Below are positions 38,576 to 47,785 of a stretch of 64,000 nucleotides of DNA, piece after piece. The position numbers and the translations under genes are program-made. Positions within the stretch are counted from its first letter, which is position 1; each line of letters begins with the position of its first letter. A model generated the notes under the pieces. It had not been told where the DNA came from and ran no database searches. It saw only the letters and a list, made by a program, of their open reading frames with translations. This DNA comes from an uncultured bacterium (GTDB lineage: Bacteria > Bacillota_I > Bacilli_A > RFN20 > CAG-826), in contig CASFTG010000003.1 in NCBI GenBank assembly GCA_949297805.1, positions 132,473-196,472 of the forward strand, given 5' to 3'.

Positions 38576-38848
38576 ATGAACAAAGCTGAACTCATCGCCG
38601 TCGTCGCCGAAAAAGCCGAACTCTCGCACACCGATGCCGGCAAGGCCATCGAATGCGCCCTCGAGACCATCGAAGAAGCCCTCATCCGTGGCGAAGCCGT
38701 CAAGCTCTCCGGCTTCGGTATCTTCGAGAAGAAGGAACGGGCGGCCCGGGTTGGCACCAATCCGTCGACCGGCGCCAAGATTGAGATCGCGGCCAACAAC
38801 TCCGTCGGCTTCAAGCCCTCGAAGAACCTCAAAGAAAAGCTTAACTAA
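38576..38848 (+). CDS. hup: DNA-binding protein HU
   Basis: MNKAELIAVVAEKAELS..., GFGIFE, RAARVGTNPSTG arm. 90 aa. Confidence 0.9.
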   Translation: MNKAELIAVVAEKAELSHTDAGKAIECALETIEEALIRGEAVKLSGFGIFEKKERAARVGTNPSTGAKIEIAANNSVGFKPSKNLKEKLN

Positions 38849-38865
38849 AAAGAAGCGATTATTCT

Positions 38866-38897
38866 TGACCCCGCCTCGTTCGCGGGGTTTTCTTATT
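38866..38897 (+). terminator. Rho-independent terminator after hup
   Basis: CCCCGC-CTCGTTC-GCGGGG followed by TTTTCTTATT. Confidence 0.65.
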
Positions 38898-38898
38898 G

Positions 38899-39491
38899 TC
38901 GTGGGCCTTTTGTCTTTACTAACGGAATTCAATGAGCTTGTCCCTTCGCTTGCCGTCGGGGGGACGGTTCGGGATTTCCTTTTGGGCGAGGAACCAGCCG
39001 ATTTGGATTTCGTCACTCCCTTGACCCCGGAGGAAACCGTGGCTTTGCTTCCTAAAGGTTCCTACCCCTTTGCAAAATATGGGTCCTTCCATCTTGTATA
39101 TAAAGGGATACCGATTGACTTGACCTGCTTACGGATAGAGGGGGAATACAACGATTCCCGCCACCCGAGTTTTCTCCGCTTCGGGGTCAGTCTGGAAGCC
39201 GACTCTTGGCGGCGAGATTTCACTATCAACGCCCTCTATTTGGATAAGGATGGCAATGTTTACGATTTCCATCAGGGGCTTGCCGATTTGAAAAACGGCC
39301 TTTTGCGCTTTATTGGCTCCCCGGATGTTAGAATAAAAGAGGATCCGTTACGGATCATGCGGGCCGAGCGGTTCGCGAAACGCTTAAATCTCGCCTATGA
39401 AGCGAAAACCGGTCAAGCCATTAAGGATTTGCAGGGTTTACTAAGCAAACTTAATCCAGACAAAATCAAAATGGAAAGGAGCAAGGAATGA
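38899..39491 (+). CDS. Truncated CCA-adding enzyme/poly(A) polymerase-family nucleotidyltransferase (head + neck only, ~197 aa)
   Basis: Pol-β NTase motif GGTVRDFLLGEEPADLDFV. Neck motif EDPLRIMRAERFAKRL. The ORF stops about 30 aa later (TGA at 39489-39491) with no HD/body domain. The start is uncertain: GTG at 38899, immediately after the hup terminator. Confidence 0.5.
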
Positions 39492-40150
39492 ATAAGAACA
39501 CGGTGGAGATGGAGGGAATCGATTTCCGTTACCTCCTGCTCGATTTCTATAAGAAACTCGGCTTAAACGAGAATGAAGCCATGGTCATCTTGATGGTCGA
39601 CCAGCTTCTTCGCCAAGGGAACGACTTCATTTCCCAAAGCGACCTTTCCTTTAAGATGAATTTAAGCGAGAGGGAACTCGATACCTTGATGGCCGGGCTC
39701 ATGCAAAAGGATATGCTTTCAATCGATAGTTCGGGTGGCCGGCTCAAAACCTCCTTATCCCCTATTAAAGAGAAACTTTATGGGCTTTTCCAGCAAGCGA
39801 TCGCTACGAAACGGGAAACCCCGGTCGCGGCGAGGAAAGCCGAGGCCATTGGGAAGGTCCGGGACTATTTTGAGAAGCGGCTCAACCGGACTTTGTCCCC
39901 ACTAGAAGTCGATACCATCGCCGTTTGGCTTGATGATGGCTATTCAGACGAGGACATCAAAGGTGGCCTAGAGAGCGCCCTCGCTAACGGGAAAAAGACC
40001 TTTAAAGCCGTTGATTCGGAACTAAGGGCCGGACGAAAACGCGATGACATCGCCAAAGAAGGCTATACCGGGGTTAATTCCCGTTGGAACAAAGACATCG
40101 AACGGACCATCGAGGTCGCCCGGACCAAGTGGGTCGAAGACGATGATTGA
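39488..40150 (+). CDS. dnaD: DnaD-domain replication initiation/membrane attachment protein
   Basis: N-terminal winged-helix region. C-terminal DnaD/DnaB_2 domain (LSPLEVDTIAVWLDDGYSDEDIKGGL). Lies directly upstream of nth, as in Bacillus. Confidence 0.75.
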   Translation: MNKNTVEMEGIDFRYLLLDFYKKLGLNENEAMVILMVDQLLRQGNDFISQSDLSFKMNLSERELDTLMAGLMQKDMLSIDSSGGRLKTSLSPIKEKLYGLFQQAIATKRETPVAARKAEAIGKVRDYFEKRLNRTLSPLEVDTIAVWLDDGYSDEDIKGGLESALANGKKTFKAVDSELRAGRKRDDIAKEGYTGVNSRWNKDIERTIEVARTKWVEDDD

Positions 40151-40766
40151 CCCGGCTTTGATCGCCGATGAATTGGGCCGGCTTTATCCTGATGCCCATT
40201 GCACTTTGGATTTCCAAAATCCTTTTCAATGCCTCGTCGCGGTTAGTTTGTCGGCCCAGACGACCGATAAGAAGGTCAATGAAGTGACCCCGGCTTTATT
40301 CCGGGCTTATCCTGATCCGGCAAGTTTAGGGAAGGCGACGCCGGAAGAGGTTGGCCAATATATCCGTTCCTTAGGTTTATGGAAGAACAAAGCCAAAAAC
40401 CTCGTATCCTTAGGTCAAGAACTAAGCACTCGTTTTCAAGGGCAAGTACCCTCGACGGTCGAGGAGTTGACTTCCTTGCCAGGAGTCGGGATCAAAACTG
40501 CTTCGGTTGTCTTAGCCGAATGTTTCCAAGTGCCATCTTTCCCGGTCGATACCCATGTTGGGCGGGTGGCTAAACGGCTCTATCTGGCTTCTTTAAATGA
40601 TGAGCCAGAGGAGGTGATGAGGAAACTTAAGAAAAGGTTCCCGAAAGATACCTGGATTGCCTTGCATCATCGCTTCATCGCCTTTGGGCGCGATATCTGC
40701 CACGCCCAAAACCCGGAATGCGACCGCTGCCCGTTTACTTCTTTTTGCCGTCTAAGAAAACCTTGA
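40143..40766 (+). CDS. nth: Endonuclease III
   Basis: HhH-GPD (LPGVGIKTASVVL). [4Fe-4S] cluster motif CHAQNPECDRCPFTSFC. The ATG overlaps the dnaD stop. Confidence 0.9.
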   Translation: MIDPALIADELGRLYPDAHCTLDFQNPFQCLVAVSLSAQTTDKKVNEVTPALFRAYPDPASLGKATPEEVGQYIRSLGLWKNKAKNLVSLGQELSTRFQGQVPSTVEELTSLPGVGIKTASVVLAECFQVPSFPVDTHVGRVAKRLYLASLNDEPEEVMRKLKKRFPKDTWIALHHRFIAFGRDICHAQNPECDRCPFTSFCRLRKP

Positions 40767-41346
40767 TGACGAGGGGCAAGTAATCATAACGGGGCCGATA
40801 CCCTTGCTTGACTAAATAGCCATGCTCTTTCATCTCGGCATAAGGAATCGAAGAACGGGGATGGTCGAGATAAAACTTGATGATGTAATCGGCCGGGACT
40901 AGATACACTTCGTTGAAGGAATGCCAATTGATTAGAAAGAAAGCGATGCCTTTTTGCTCTAACACCTTCTGCAGGTGATCAATTTGTTGCTTTGGGATAT
41001 TGGCTAAGGGGAAAGAGGTTTTGGAACGGGTGCTTTTGGCCTCAAAATCGATGTAATGTCCTTGATAGACCCCGTTGTAGTCGGTGGTCGATTGGGTTTG
41101 GAAAAAGGCTTCGGTGATCTTTGGCCCGTCGGCATAATCGACCTTGACCGTTTGAATCGGGGTCGGGCGCTTGGTGATAAGGGCTAACCCCTTCTCGACG
41201 TAATAGTCGTTGCTTTGGTTGATTTCGGCCTCGAAATCCAAACCCCGGTTGCCCGGGGCGACCTTTAAATGGAGTTTCTTCCCTTTCGGGACCTCAACCT
41301 TATTGACCGGTGGCCTCATCCCGCCGGGATAATGGAACTCGCTCAT
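40735..41346 (-). CDS. recU: Holliday-junction resolvase RecU
   Basis: 203 aa, Mg-dependent resolvase fold (YIDFEAKST..). Its 3' end overlaps nth convergently by 32 nt. Confidence 0.85.
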   Translation of the reverse strand: MSEFHYPGGMRPPVNKVEVPKGKKLHLKVAPGNRGLDFEAEINQSNDYYVEKGLALITKRPTPIQTVKVDYADGPKITEAFFQTQSTTDYNGVYQGHYIDFEAKSTRSKTSFPLANIPKQQIDHLQKVLEQKGIAFFLINWHSFNEVYLVPADYIIKFYLDHPRSSIPYAEMKEHGYLVKQGYRPRYDYLPLVIKVFLDGKKK

Positions 41347-42068
41347 GCTAAATCCTCTTTGGCGAATTGCTTTAACCGGGCTAAGTCGACCGTTTCGCCA
41401 TTGACGATGGCTTCGAGGGTCTTTCTTAAGGGATTGGGCCCTTTGTGATAATGGGAAAGCATCTGCAAATACTCCCGGAGGACGATGTCTTCCCGCTTGA
41501 GGAAAGCTTGGTAGAGGCGAAGGAGGTTAGTCGCGTCGGTCAAGGCATCGTGGGCTTGGCCGATTTCCTCGACTTCAAATAAGTTCAGGGCTTTCCCCTG
41601 CGATAACGGGTTGCCATCCTTGCCGGGGACAAACCGGTTCAGAAACGATTCGAAATCGAAGATCCGGTGGGCTAAATCCCGGGCCATGATGATCGAGGAA
41701 TCGAGGTTGGCTTCGGCCGAGTTGATGAACATCTGGGCGTCTTGGGGGCCATAGGTGACGAAAAGGCAAGTGGGGTAATCAGTCCCGACGTAACGTTTTA
41801 GCATCTCCTGGGCCTTGGCGAAACGGATGCCCTTCTTCTCAATCAAAGACTCAGTGATGCCGGTCAGATTGGAGACGAAAGTTCCGATCTTCTCCTTCGG
41901 CTTGACATAGGTTTTGAACCCTTTGAACTGCTTTTTGATTTGGCCTTGCTCATCCAATAGGGCTTTGACCGCCCCGATTTCGATGATCTCGTGGTGGATT
42001 TGGGTCGCTTCGACGTCGAGGAAGACCAAGCATCGTCGTCCTCGGAGCGCTTTGAGGAGTTGCTTCAT
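41343..42068 (-). CDS. DEDDh 3'-5' exonuclease (DnaQ/KapD-like)
   Basis: Exo I motif FLDVEAT. Exo III motif HDALTDA. 241 aa. Confidence 0.75.
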   Translation of the reverse strand: MKQLLKALRGRRCLVFLDVEATQIHHEIIEIGAVKALLDEQGQIKKQFKGFKTYVKPKEKIGTFVSNLTGITESLIEKKGIRFAKAQEMLKRYVGTDYPTCLFVTYGPQDAQMFINSAEANLDSSIIMARDLAHRIFDFESFLNRFVPGKDGNPLSQGKALNLFEVEEIGQAHDALTDATNLLRLYQAFLKREDIVLREYLQMLSHYHKGPNPLRKTLEAIVNGETVDLARLKQFAKEDLA

Positions 42069-42150
42069 TCTTTATTAAGATACCATAATCCGGTCGGTGG
42101 GTTTATTGAATAAGCGAGTGGGGTTGAATATAATTCAACGCGGAGGATTT

Positions 42151-42510
42151 ATGGACGGGAACATCAAGCTCAATGCCAAGAAGATCCTCGAGAAGGTGTT
42201 CGTCCCCCATGGCCATGGCTATGACCCGGACGAAGTCGATGCCTATCTCGATGAGATCATCGCTGATTACCAGAGCTTTGAGCGGTTCTATGCCGAGTCG
42301 AGCAAGTACATCGCCGAGCTCGAGACGTCTTTGCGGAAAAACCGGGAACGGATTTCCGAACTCGAGGTCGAGAACGCGAAAATGAGCAAACGGCTCGCCG
42401 GCATCAAGGAAGGCGATTCGGTCAGCAGCGAGAATATCGAATATCTCAACCGGATCAGGCGACTCGAAAACGCCCTTTACGCCAAAGGAATCGACCCGAC
42501 TAAAATCTAA
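42151..42510 (+). CDS. gpsB: Cell-cycle protein GpsB (DivIVA-domain)
   Basis: ILEKVFVPHGHGYDPDEVDAYLDEIIADYQ is a DivIVA N-domain, followed by a coiled coil. GGAGGA RBS. Adjacent to recU, as in Bacillus. Confidence 0.8.
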   Translation: MDGNIKLNAKKILEKVFVPHGHGYDPDEVDAYLDEIIADYQSFERFYAESSKYIAELETSLRKNRERISELEVENAKMSKRLAGIKEGDSVSSENIEYLNRIRRLENALYAKGIDPTKI

Positions 42511-42514
42511 TCCA

Positions 42515-42855
42515 CCCATCCGACCCGGACGACTGCTGCCGCAAGGTAGAGGAAAGTCCATGCTCGCACCGCCTGTGATGGCGGTAGTGATTGCGCTGAA
42601 GGAAAAAATAACTTCAGGTGCGCGGGAGCGCGCAACGGCGGGCCAATATCTCTAGTAGAAGGCGGTCCCTAAGGTGCCACAGAGACGAGCTTGATGGCGA
42701 CATCAAGATGAAACGTTGGTAAACCCCACAAGCGAGAAACCCAAATTTGGTAGGGGAAGCGCCCAAAGCGAAACGAAGCCGCGGGAGCCAGGCTCAGCCT
42801 GAGATAAATTGTCGTCCTCGACATAACATGGCTTACAGGGTCGGATACTCACAAT
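42515..42855 (+). ncRNA. rnpB: RNase P RNA, bacterial class B (Firmicutes type)
   Basis: Near-identity to B. subtilis P4 and core blocks: GAGGAAAGTCCATGCTCGCAC, AGGTGCCACAG, GGTAAACCCCACAAGCGAGAAACCCAAATTTGGTAGGGGAA, AACATGGCTTACAG. The P1 helix pairs ATCCGACCC (42518) with GGGTCGGAT (42838-42846). Confidence 0.85.
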
Positions 42856-42867
42856 AGGAAAAAGCAT

Positions 42868-43497
42868 ATGAACATCCCAACCAAGATCACCTGCGCCCGC
42901 ATCGCCCTTGTGGTGGCCTTATTGATCGGCCTCTTCGTCGTCTCGGTCATCCCGGATATCGAAATCCCAACCTACGTTGGGGTCAACTTGGTGAACCTTA
43001 TCGCCGCCTTGGTCTTTATTATCGCCTCGACTACCGATTTCCTTGATGGCTATTTGGCGAGGAAATGGAAACAGGTCACTAATTTAGGGAAGTTCTTAGA
43101 CCCAGTGGCCGATAAGATGCTGGTCGACTCGATGCTCATCTTCTTCGTCTTCCCTTGGTCCTACGCGCCCGAGCAGACGTTATTCGTTCCGGTCTTCTGC
43201 GTCATCATCATGGTCGTCCGCGATTTGGTGGTCGACGCCATCCGCTTCATCGCCGCCCAAAAAGGGCAGGTTGTGGCGGCCAATATCTTTGGCAAGCTCA
43301 AGACTGTCTCACAGATGGTCGCCATTCCGGTTATCATGCTTAATGGCTGGCCCTTCGCCTATTTCGATGCCAATTGGGCGGCGGGGCTAAGGATCGGCTC
43401 CTGGCTTATTTACCTCGCCACCTTCTTCTCGGCCATGTCCGGGATCATCTACGTCATTCAGAACCGCTCGGTGCTTAAGGAGGATAAAAAGCAATGA
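42868..43497 (+). CDS. pgsA: CDP-diacylglycerol--glycerol-3-phosphate 3-phosphatidyltransferase
   Basis: CDP-alcohol phosphatidyltransferase motif DFLDGYLARKW...GKFLDPVADK. Confidence 0.9.
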   Translation: MNIPTKITCARIALVVALLIGLFVVSVIPDIEIPTYVGVNLVNLIAALVFIIASTTDFLDGYLARKWKQVTNLGKFLDPVADKMLVDSMLIFFVFPWSYAPEQTLFVPVFCVIIMVVRDLVVDAIRFIAAQKGQVVAANIFGKLKTVSQMVAIPVIMLNGWPFAYFDANWAAGLRIGSWLIYLATFFSAMSGIIYVIQNRSVLKEDKKQ

Positions 43498-43979
43498 ACG
43501 CCCATGACCTGTTGACTATCTTGAAAGCCCGTCATTTGACTTTGGGGTCTTGTGAATCGCTGACCGGGGGCTTATTCGCCAGCACCATCTGTTCCATCCC
43601 TGGGGCGAGTGAAACCTTTATGGGTGCTTTGGTCACTTACGTCGCCAAGGAGAAAGTCGCCTTAGCCCACGTCGATCCTTCTTTGATCGAAAGCAAAGGC
43701 GTCGTCAGTGCCGAAGTCGCCACCAGCATGGCCCTTGGAGCCAAGCGGGCCCTTGGGGTTGATATCTGCGTCTCCTGCACTGGCAATGCCGGGCCGACGG
43801 AAGAAAAAGGCGGAGCCGGGGTCGGGACGGTCTATCTTGGGCTCGCCTATAACGATTTGGTCTACGTCGCCCCTTTGCATCTAAAAGGGGAACGGAACCA
43901 GATCCGGGAGCACACCGTTGAGGCCATGATCGACTTCATCGCCTCCCTTTTTGCTAAAGTCGAAATAAAAAATCAGTGA
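43494..43979 (+). CDS. CinA C-terminal domain protein (PncC-type NMN deamidase), stand-alone
   Basis: LTLGSCESLTGGLFAS..., GALVTY. Only the C-domain (161 aa), sitting between pgsA and recA. Confidence 0.8.
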   Translation: MNAHDLLTILKARHLTLGSCESLTGGLFASTICSIPGASETFMGALVTYVAKEKVALAHVDPSLIESKGVVSAEVATSMALGAKRALGVDICVSCTGNAGPTEEKGGAGVGTVYLGLAYNDLVYVAPLHLKGERNQIREHTVEAMIDFIASLFAKVEIKNQ

Positions 43980-44036
43980 TGATTCATTCTTTCCCGTCTA
44001 CATATTCATTAAGGGGTAAATAGGAGATATCAAATT

Positions 44037-45050
44037 ATGGCAAACGAAACAACGGACTCCCGCCTCAAAGCCCTCGATGACGCTCTCAAGGTCATCGAGA
44101 AAACCTATGGCAAAGGGGCGGTCATGTCGCTTGGGCAGCGGCCAAAGGTCGACTGCGACGTCATCCCGACTGGCTCGATCCTGCTCGATCAAGCCTTAGG
44201 GGTCGGCGGTTATCCCAAGGGCCGGATCATCGAGATCTATGGCCCGGAATCCTCGGGCAAAACCACTTTGGCCCTGGAAGCGATCGCCGAAGCCCAGAAG
44301 AAGGGCGGGCGGGCCGCTTTCATCGACGCCGAGCAATCGATCGATCCGGATTACGCCGCCAAGCTTGGGGTCAACATCGACGAACTCATCCTCTCACAAC
44401 CGGATTCGGGCGAACAGGCTCTCGAAATCTGCGAGATGCTTGCCACCTCCGGGGCGATTGACGTCATCGTCGTCGACTCGGTCGCGGCCTTAGTCCCCCA
44501 AGCCGAACTCGAAGGGGTCATGACCGATAACCAAGTCGGCTTGCAAGCTCGGCTCATGTCGAAGGGCTTACGGAAGATCGCCGGCATCCTTAACAAAACC
44601 GGAACCGTCGTCATCTTCATCAACCAGCTCCGGGAGAAGGTTGGAGTAGTTTATGGCAATCCCGAAGTCACCACTGGAGGTCGGGCGCTGAAGTTCTATG
44701 CCTCGATCCGAATCGACATTCGCCGGGCCGAAGCCATCAAGCAAGGATCGGAGATCGTCGGCAACACCGTCAAAATCAAAGTGGTCAAGAACAAGGTGGC
44801 GCCGCCGTTCAAATCCTGTGTCGTCGATATGATCTATGGCCAAGGTATCTCCAAATACGGGGAGATCCTCGACCTTGCCGAGGAGTTCGGGCTATTGAAG
44901 AAATCCGGCAACTGGTATGAGCTTAACGGCAACAAGATCGGCAACGGGAGGGAAGCGGCCAAAGCTTACCTCAAAGAGCATGTCGATGAATGCGCTGAGC
45001 TTGAGGCCAAGGTCCGAGAAGCGGTCAAAACCGGCGAAGTCAGCAAATAG
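44037..45050 (+). CDS. recA: Recombinase RecA
   Basis: GPESSGKTT Walker A. Loop L1/L2 regions. 337 aa. Confidence 0.95.
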   Translation: MANETTDSRLKALDDALKVIEKTYGKGAVMSLGQRPKVDCDVIPTGSILLDQALGVGGYPKGRIIEIYGPESSGKTTLALEAIAEAQKKGGRAAFIDAEQSIDPDYAAKLGVNIDELILSQPDSGEQALEICEMLATSGAIDVIVVDSVAALVPQAELEGVMTDNQVGLQARLMSKGLRKIAGILNKTGTVVIFINQLREKVGVVYGNPEVTTGGRALKFYASIRIDIRRAEAIKQGSEIVGNTVKIKVVKNKVAPPFKSCVVDMIYGQGISKYGEILDLAEEFGLLKKSGNWYELNGNKIGNGREAAKAYLKEHVDECAELEAKVREAVKTGEVSK

Positions 45051-45052
45051 GA

Positions 45053-45080
45053 TGACGGGGCTCCAGCCCCGTTTTCTTAT
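45053..45080 (+). terminator. Rho-independent terminator after recA
   Basis: ACGGGGC-TCCA-GCCCCGT followed by TTTCTTATT. Confidence 0.65.
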
Positions 45081-45388
45081 TCCCCGTAAATTCGGCTTAA
45101 GCCTGCAAAACCTTGATTAAAAATCAGTATTCTAAGTAGTTGTTCCCGCAAAAAGCCCTCGGAATTTTGAATATCGCTTTTGGAATTGCGCTGTTATCGG
45201 CTCTCTCGTTATTCGCCCCTTTAACTAAGGTTAAAAAACCTTCCTAGTTTTGGCCAAATATTGATAAAATACGCCTGTGCCTAAGGTACAAACCCCTTGT
45301 TCGACAGCCGTTTGGCTTAAGATAAAAAGAGTTGCTCGCTTTCGGAAAAAAGCCTAATCGTGCCCTGGGCCAGTAAGGAGCTAATTTA

Positions 45389-46969
45389 ATGATACTAACA
45401 TCCCTTCTTTCGACCGGAGGCTGGATTGGCCTAATGGTCGGTTTAGCCGTGGTCGCGGCCGCCTTAGGCGTCGGCCTCACCTTCTTGTTGCTTTCCCATA
45501 AATCGAAAGCGGTCGGCCGGAACGCCGATGCGATGCTCAAGGAAGCCAAAATCAAGGCCGAGCATTTACTGAAGAACGCCGAGATCGATGCTAAGCAAGC
45601 TGCCTTCGAAGCCAAGCAACAAGCCGATAACGAGATTCGGACCCGGAAAGGCGAACTGGCTGGGCTAGAGCAGAAGCTCACCCTCCGCGAGCAGGCTATC
45701 GATCAGCGCGATGCCCAACTCCTTGCTAAGGAGAATGCCTTAGACAAGAAAAACGAGCAACTTGAAAAATCGATCGAATCGTATAAGAACCGGCAAGCCG
45801 AACTTGATCAGAAGATCGACTCCATCATCACCGAGTTGGAGAAAGTCTCCGGCATGTCAACCCAGCAAGCCAAAGACGAGATCATGGCCCGGGTCGAATC
45901 GAAGATGGCGATGGAAATCGCGGCCTATATCAAAAACGCCGAAGACGAAGCCAAGGAGACGGCAGCTTCGAAAGCCATCGATCTCCTTGCCCTCGCTTGC
46001 CAAAAATACGCCCAGGACGTCACCACCGAAAGGACCGTCTCGGTCGTGGCTTTGCCTAGTGACGAGATGAAGGGCCGGATCATTGGCCGGGAAGGGCGGA
46101 ATATCCGGGTCTTAGAGCAAGAACTCGGGGTCGACCTCGTCATCGACGATACCCCGGAAGCCATCACCGTTTCCTGCTTTGATCCGATCAGGCGGGAAAT
46201 CGCCAGGCGGACCCTGGAATATCTCGTTAAGGATGGGCGTATCCAGCCCGGCCGGATCGAGGATGTCTCAGCCAAATGCAAGAAAGAAGTGGCCGAAACC
46301 GTTCAAAAGTATGGCGAGGAAGCCTGCTTCAAACTTGGTTTGCCCCGAATCAACAAAGAACTGGTCGCTTATATCGGCCGTCTCCATTACCGGACTTCCT
46401 ATGGGCAAAATGCCCTCGAGCATTCGATGGAAGTCGCTTATCTTTCTGGCTTAATGGCCGGGGAATTGGGGCTTGACGTCAACCTTGCCCGCCGGGCTGG
46501 CTTACTCCACGACATCGGCAAATCCGTCGACTTCGAGATGGAAGGCAGCCACGTCCAACTTGGCGCTCAATTAGCCAAGAAATATGGAGAGTCCGATGTG
46601 GTGATCAATGCCATCGAATCCCACCATGGCGATGTCGAGGCTCGTTATGTCATCTCCCATCTAGTCGCGGCCGCCGATACCTTGTCGGCTGCCCGGCCAG
46701 GCGCGCGGAGCGAGACCCTGGAGACCTATGTTAAACGGGTGGAGCAGCTGGAAGGCTTAGCCAAATCCTTCGATGGGGTCCAGCAAGCCTACGCCATGCA
46801 GTCGGGCCGCGAGATCCGGGTCATGGTCATGCCGGATAAGATTTCCGATGCTGAATCGGTTTTGCTTGCTCAACAACTTCGGGAGAAGATTGAGAAGGAG
46901 ATGACCTATCCGGGTCAGATCAAGGTTTCGGTCATCCGTGAGTATCGGGCCATCGAAACCGCTAAATAA
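45389..46969 (+). CDS. rny: Ribonuclease Y (TM anchor + coiled coil + KH + HD)
   Basis: N-terminal TM (GWIGLMVGLAVVAAALG). KH domain (GRIIGREGRNIR). HD (HDIGK). AAGGAG RBS. Confidence 0.9.
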   Translation: MILTSLLSTGGWIGLMVGLAVVAAALGVGLTFLLLSHKSKAVGRNADAMLKEAKIKAEHLLKNAEIDAKQAAFEAKQQADNEIRTRKGELAGLEQKLTLREQAIDQRDAQLLAKENALDKKNEQLEKSIESYKNRQAELDQKIDSIITELEKVSGMSTQQAKDEIMARVESKMAMEIAAYIKNAEDEAKETAASKAIDLLALACQKYAQDVTTERTVSVVALPSDEMKGRIIGREGRNIRVLEQELGVDLVIDDTPEAITVSCFDPIRREIARRTLEYLVKDGRIQPGRIEDVSAKCKKEVAETVQKYGEEACFKLGLPRINKELVAYIGRLHYRTSYGQNALEHSMEVAYLSGLMAGELGLDVNLARRAGLLHDIGKSVDFEMEGSHVQLGAQLAKKYGESDVVINAIESHHGDVEARYVISHLVAAADTLSAARPGARSETLETYVKRVEQLEGLAKSFDGVQQAYAMQSGREIRVMVMPDKISDAESVLLAQQLREKIEKEMTYPGQIKVSVIREYRAIETAK

Positions 46970-46972
46970 CCT

Positions 46973-47785
46973 ATGCGAGTCCTTTTCTTAGGCGACGTCG
47001 TCGGACCGGTGGGGTTGCAGTCCCTTGAATCCCTCCTCCCCGCGCTTAAGGAAAGGCTTTCGCCGCATCTAGTCATCGTTAACGGGGAGAACGCCTCCAA
47101 AGGGCGGGGTCTCACTCGAGCCGACTATAATCGGATTAAAGCCGCTGGGGCTGATGTCATCACCCTCGGTAACCATTTCCTCGATAAGAAGCAGATTTCC
47201 TCCTTCATCGATGATTGCCCGGATTTACTTAGGCCTCTGAATTCGGCTGATTACGAGAAAGGCCGGGGGCTTGGCGTCTACCAAACTGCCCTTGGTCCCG
47301 TCGCCGTGGCCTCGATCCTCTTGCCGGCTTTCGTTAACAACAAAGTGAATAATCCCTTCGAGGTTTTCGAGAAGGCCTTGGTTGATCTTCCAAGTATCCG
47401 CATCGTCGATCTCCATGGGGAGTCGACCTCGGAGAAGCAGCTTTTCTTCCATTACTTCCGGGGCCGCTGCTCGGCGATACTCGGGACCCATACCCACGTG
47501 ATGACCGCCGACGCCGAAATCAAAGAGGGGACCGCCTTTATGGCTGATGTCGGGATGTGCGGGGCCGATGATTCGATCATTGGGGTTGACCCCCAAAGCG
47601 TCATCAATCGTTTAATCAAGCAAGACGGTACCTATTTCCATTGCCCGGAAGATGGGATTGGACTCGTCTGCGGAGCCTATTTGGAAATCGAAGAAGACGG
47701 GAAAGCGAGCCGCATCATCCCGTTCCGTTTCCGCGATAATAAGGAGATTGCCTATGAGCCGTTGCCAAATCATATCCCTGCCTGA
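46973..47785 (+). CDS. ymdB: YmdB-family metallophosphoesterase (2',3'-cNMP phosphodiesterase, TIGR00282)
   Basis: MRVLFLGDVVG..., GNH, GTHTHV motifs. Follows rny, as in B. subtilis. Confidence 0.85.
   Translation: MRVLFLGDVVGPVGLQSLESLLPALKERLSPHLVIVNGENASKGRGLTRADYNRIKAAGADVITLGNHFLDKKQISSFIDDCPDLLRPLNSADYEKGRGLGVYQTALGPVAVASILLPAFVNNKVNNPFEVFEKALVDLPSIRIVDLHGESTSEKQLFFHYFRGRCSAILGTHTHVMTADAEIKEGTAFMADVGMCGADDSIIGVDPQSVINRLIKQDGTYFHCPEDGIGLVCGAYLEIEEDGKASRIIPFRFRDNKEIAYEPLPNHIPA

Noticed and set aside
38634-38898. The N-terminal ~90 codons of the ORF-track entry 38634..39491, overlapping hup in another frame.
   Set aside because: This part is Pro/Ser/Arg-rich and runs across the hup terminator. 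The real CCA-like gene most plausibly begins after the terminator, near 38899.
43980-44036. Looked for a LexA/Cheo box (CGAACnnnnGTTCG) upstream of recA.
   Set aside because: No GAAC..GTTC dyad is present in the 57-nt pgsA-cinA/recA spacer or nearby. recA here is probably co-transcribed with pgsA-cinA. Absence of a box is not evidence of anything further.
45244-45681. 145-aa minus-strand ORF spanning the recA-rny intergenic region and the rny 5' end.
   Set aside because: Ser/Ala/Cys-rich low-complexity product, antisense to the rny start, with no RBS. The region is better explained as the rny promoter and leader.
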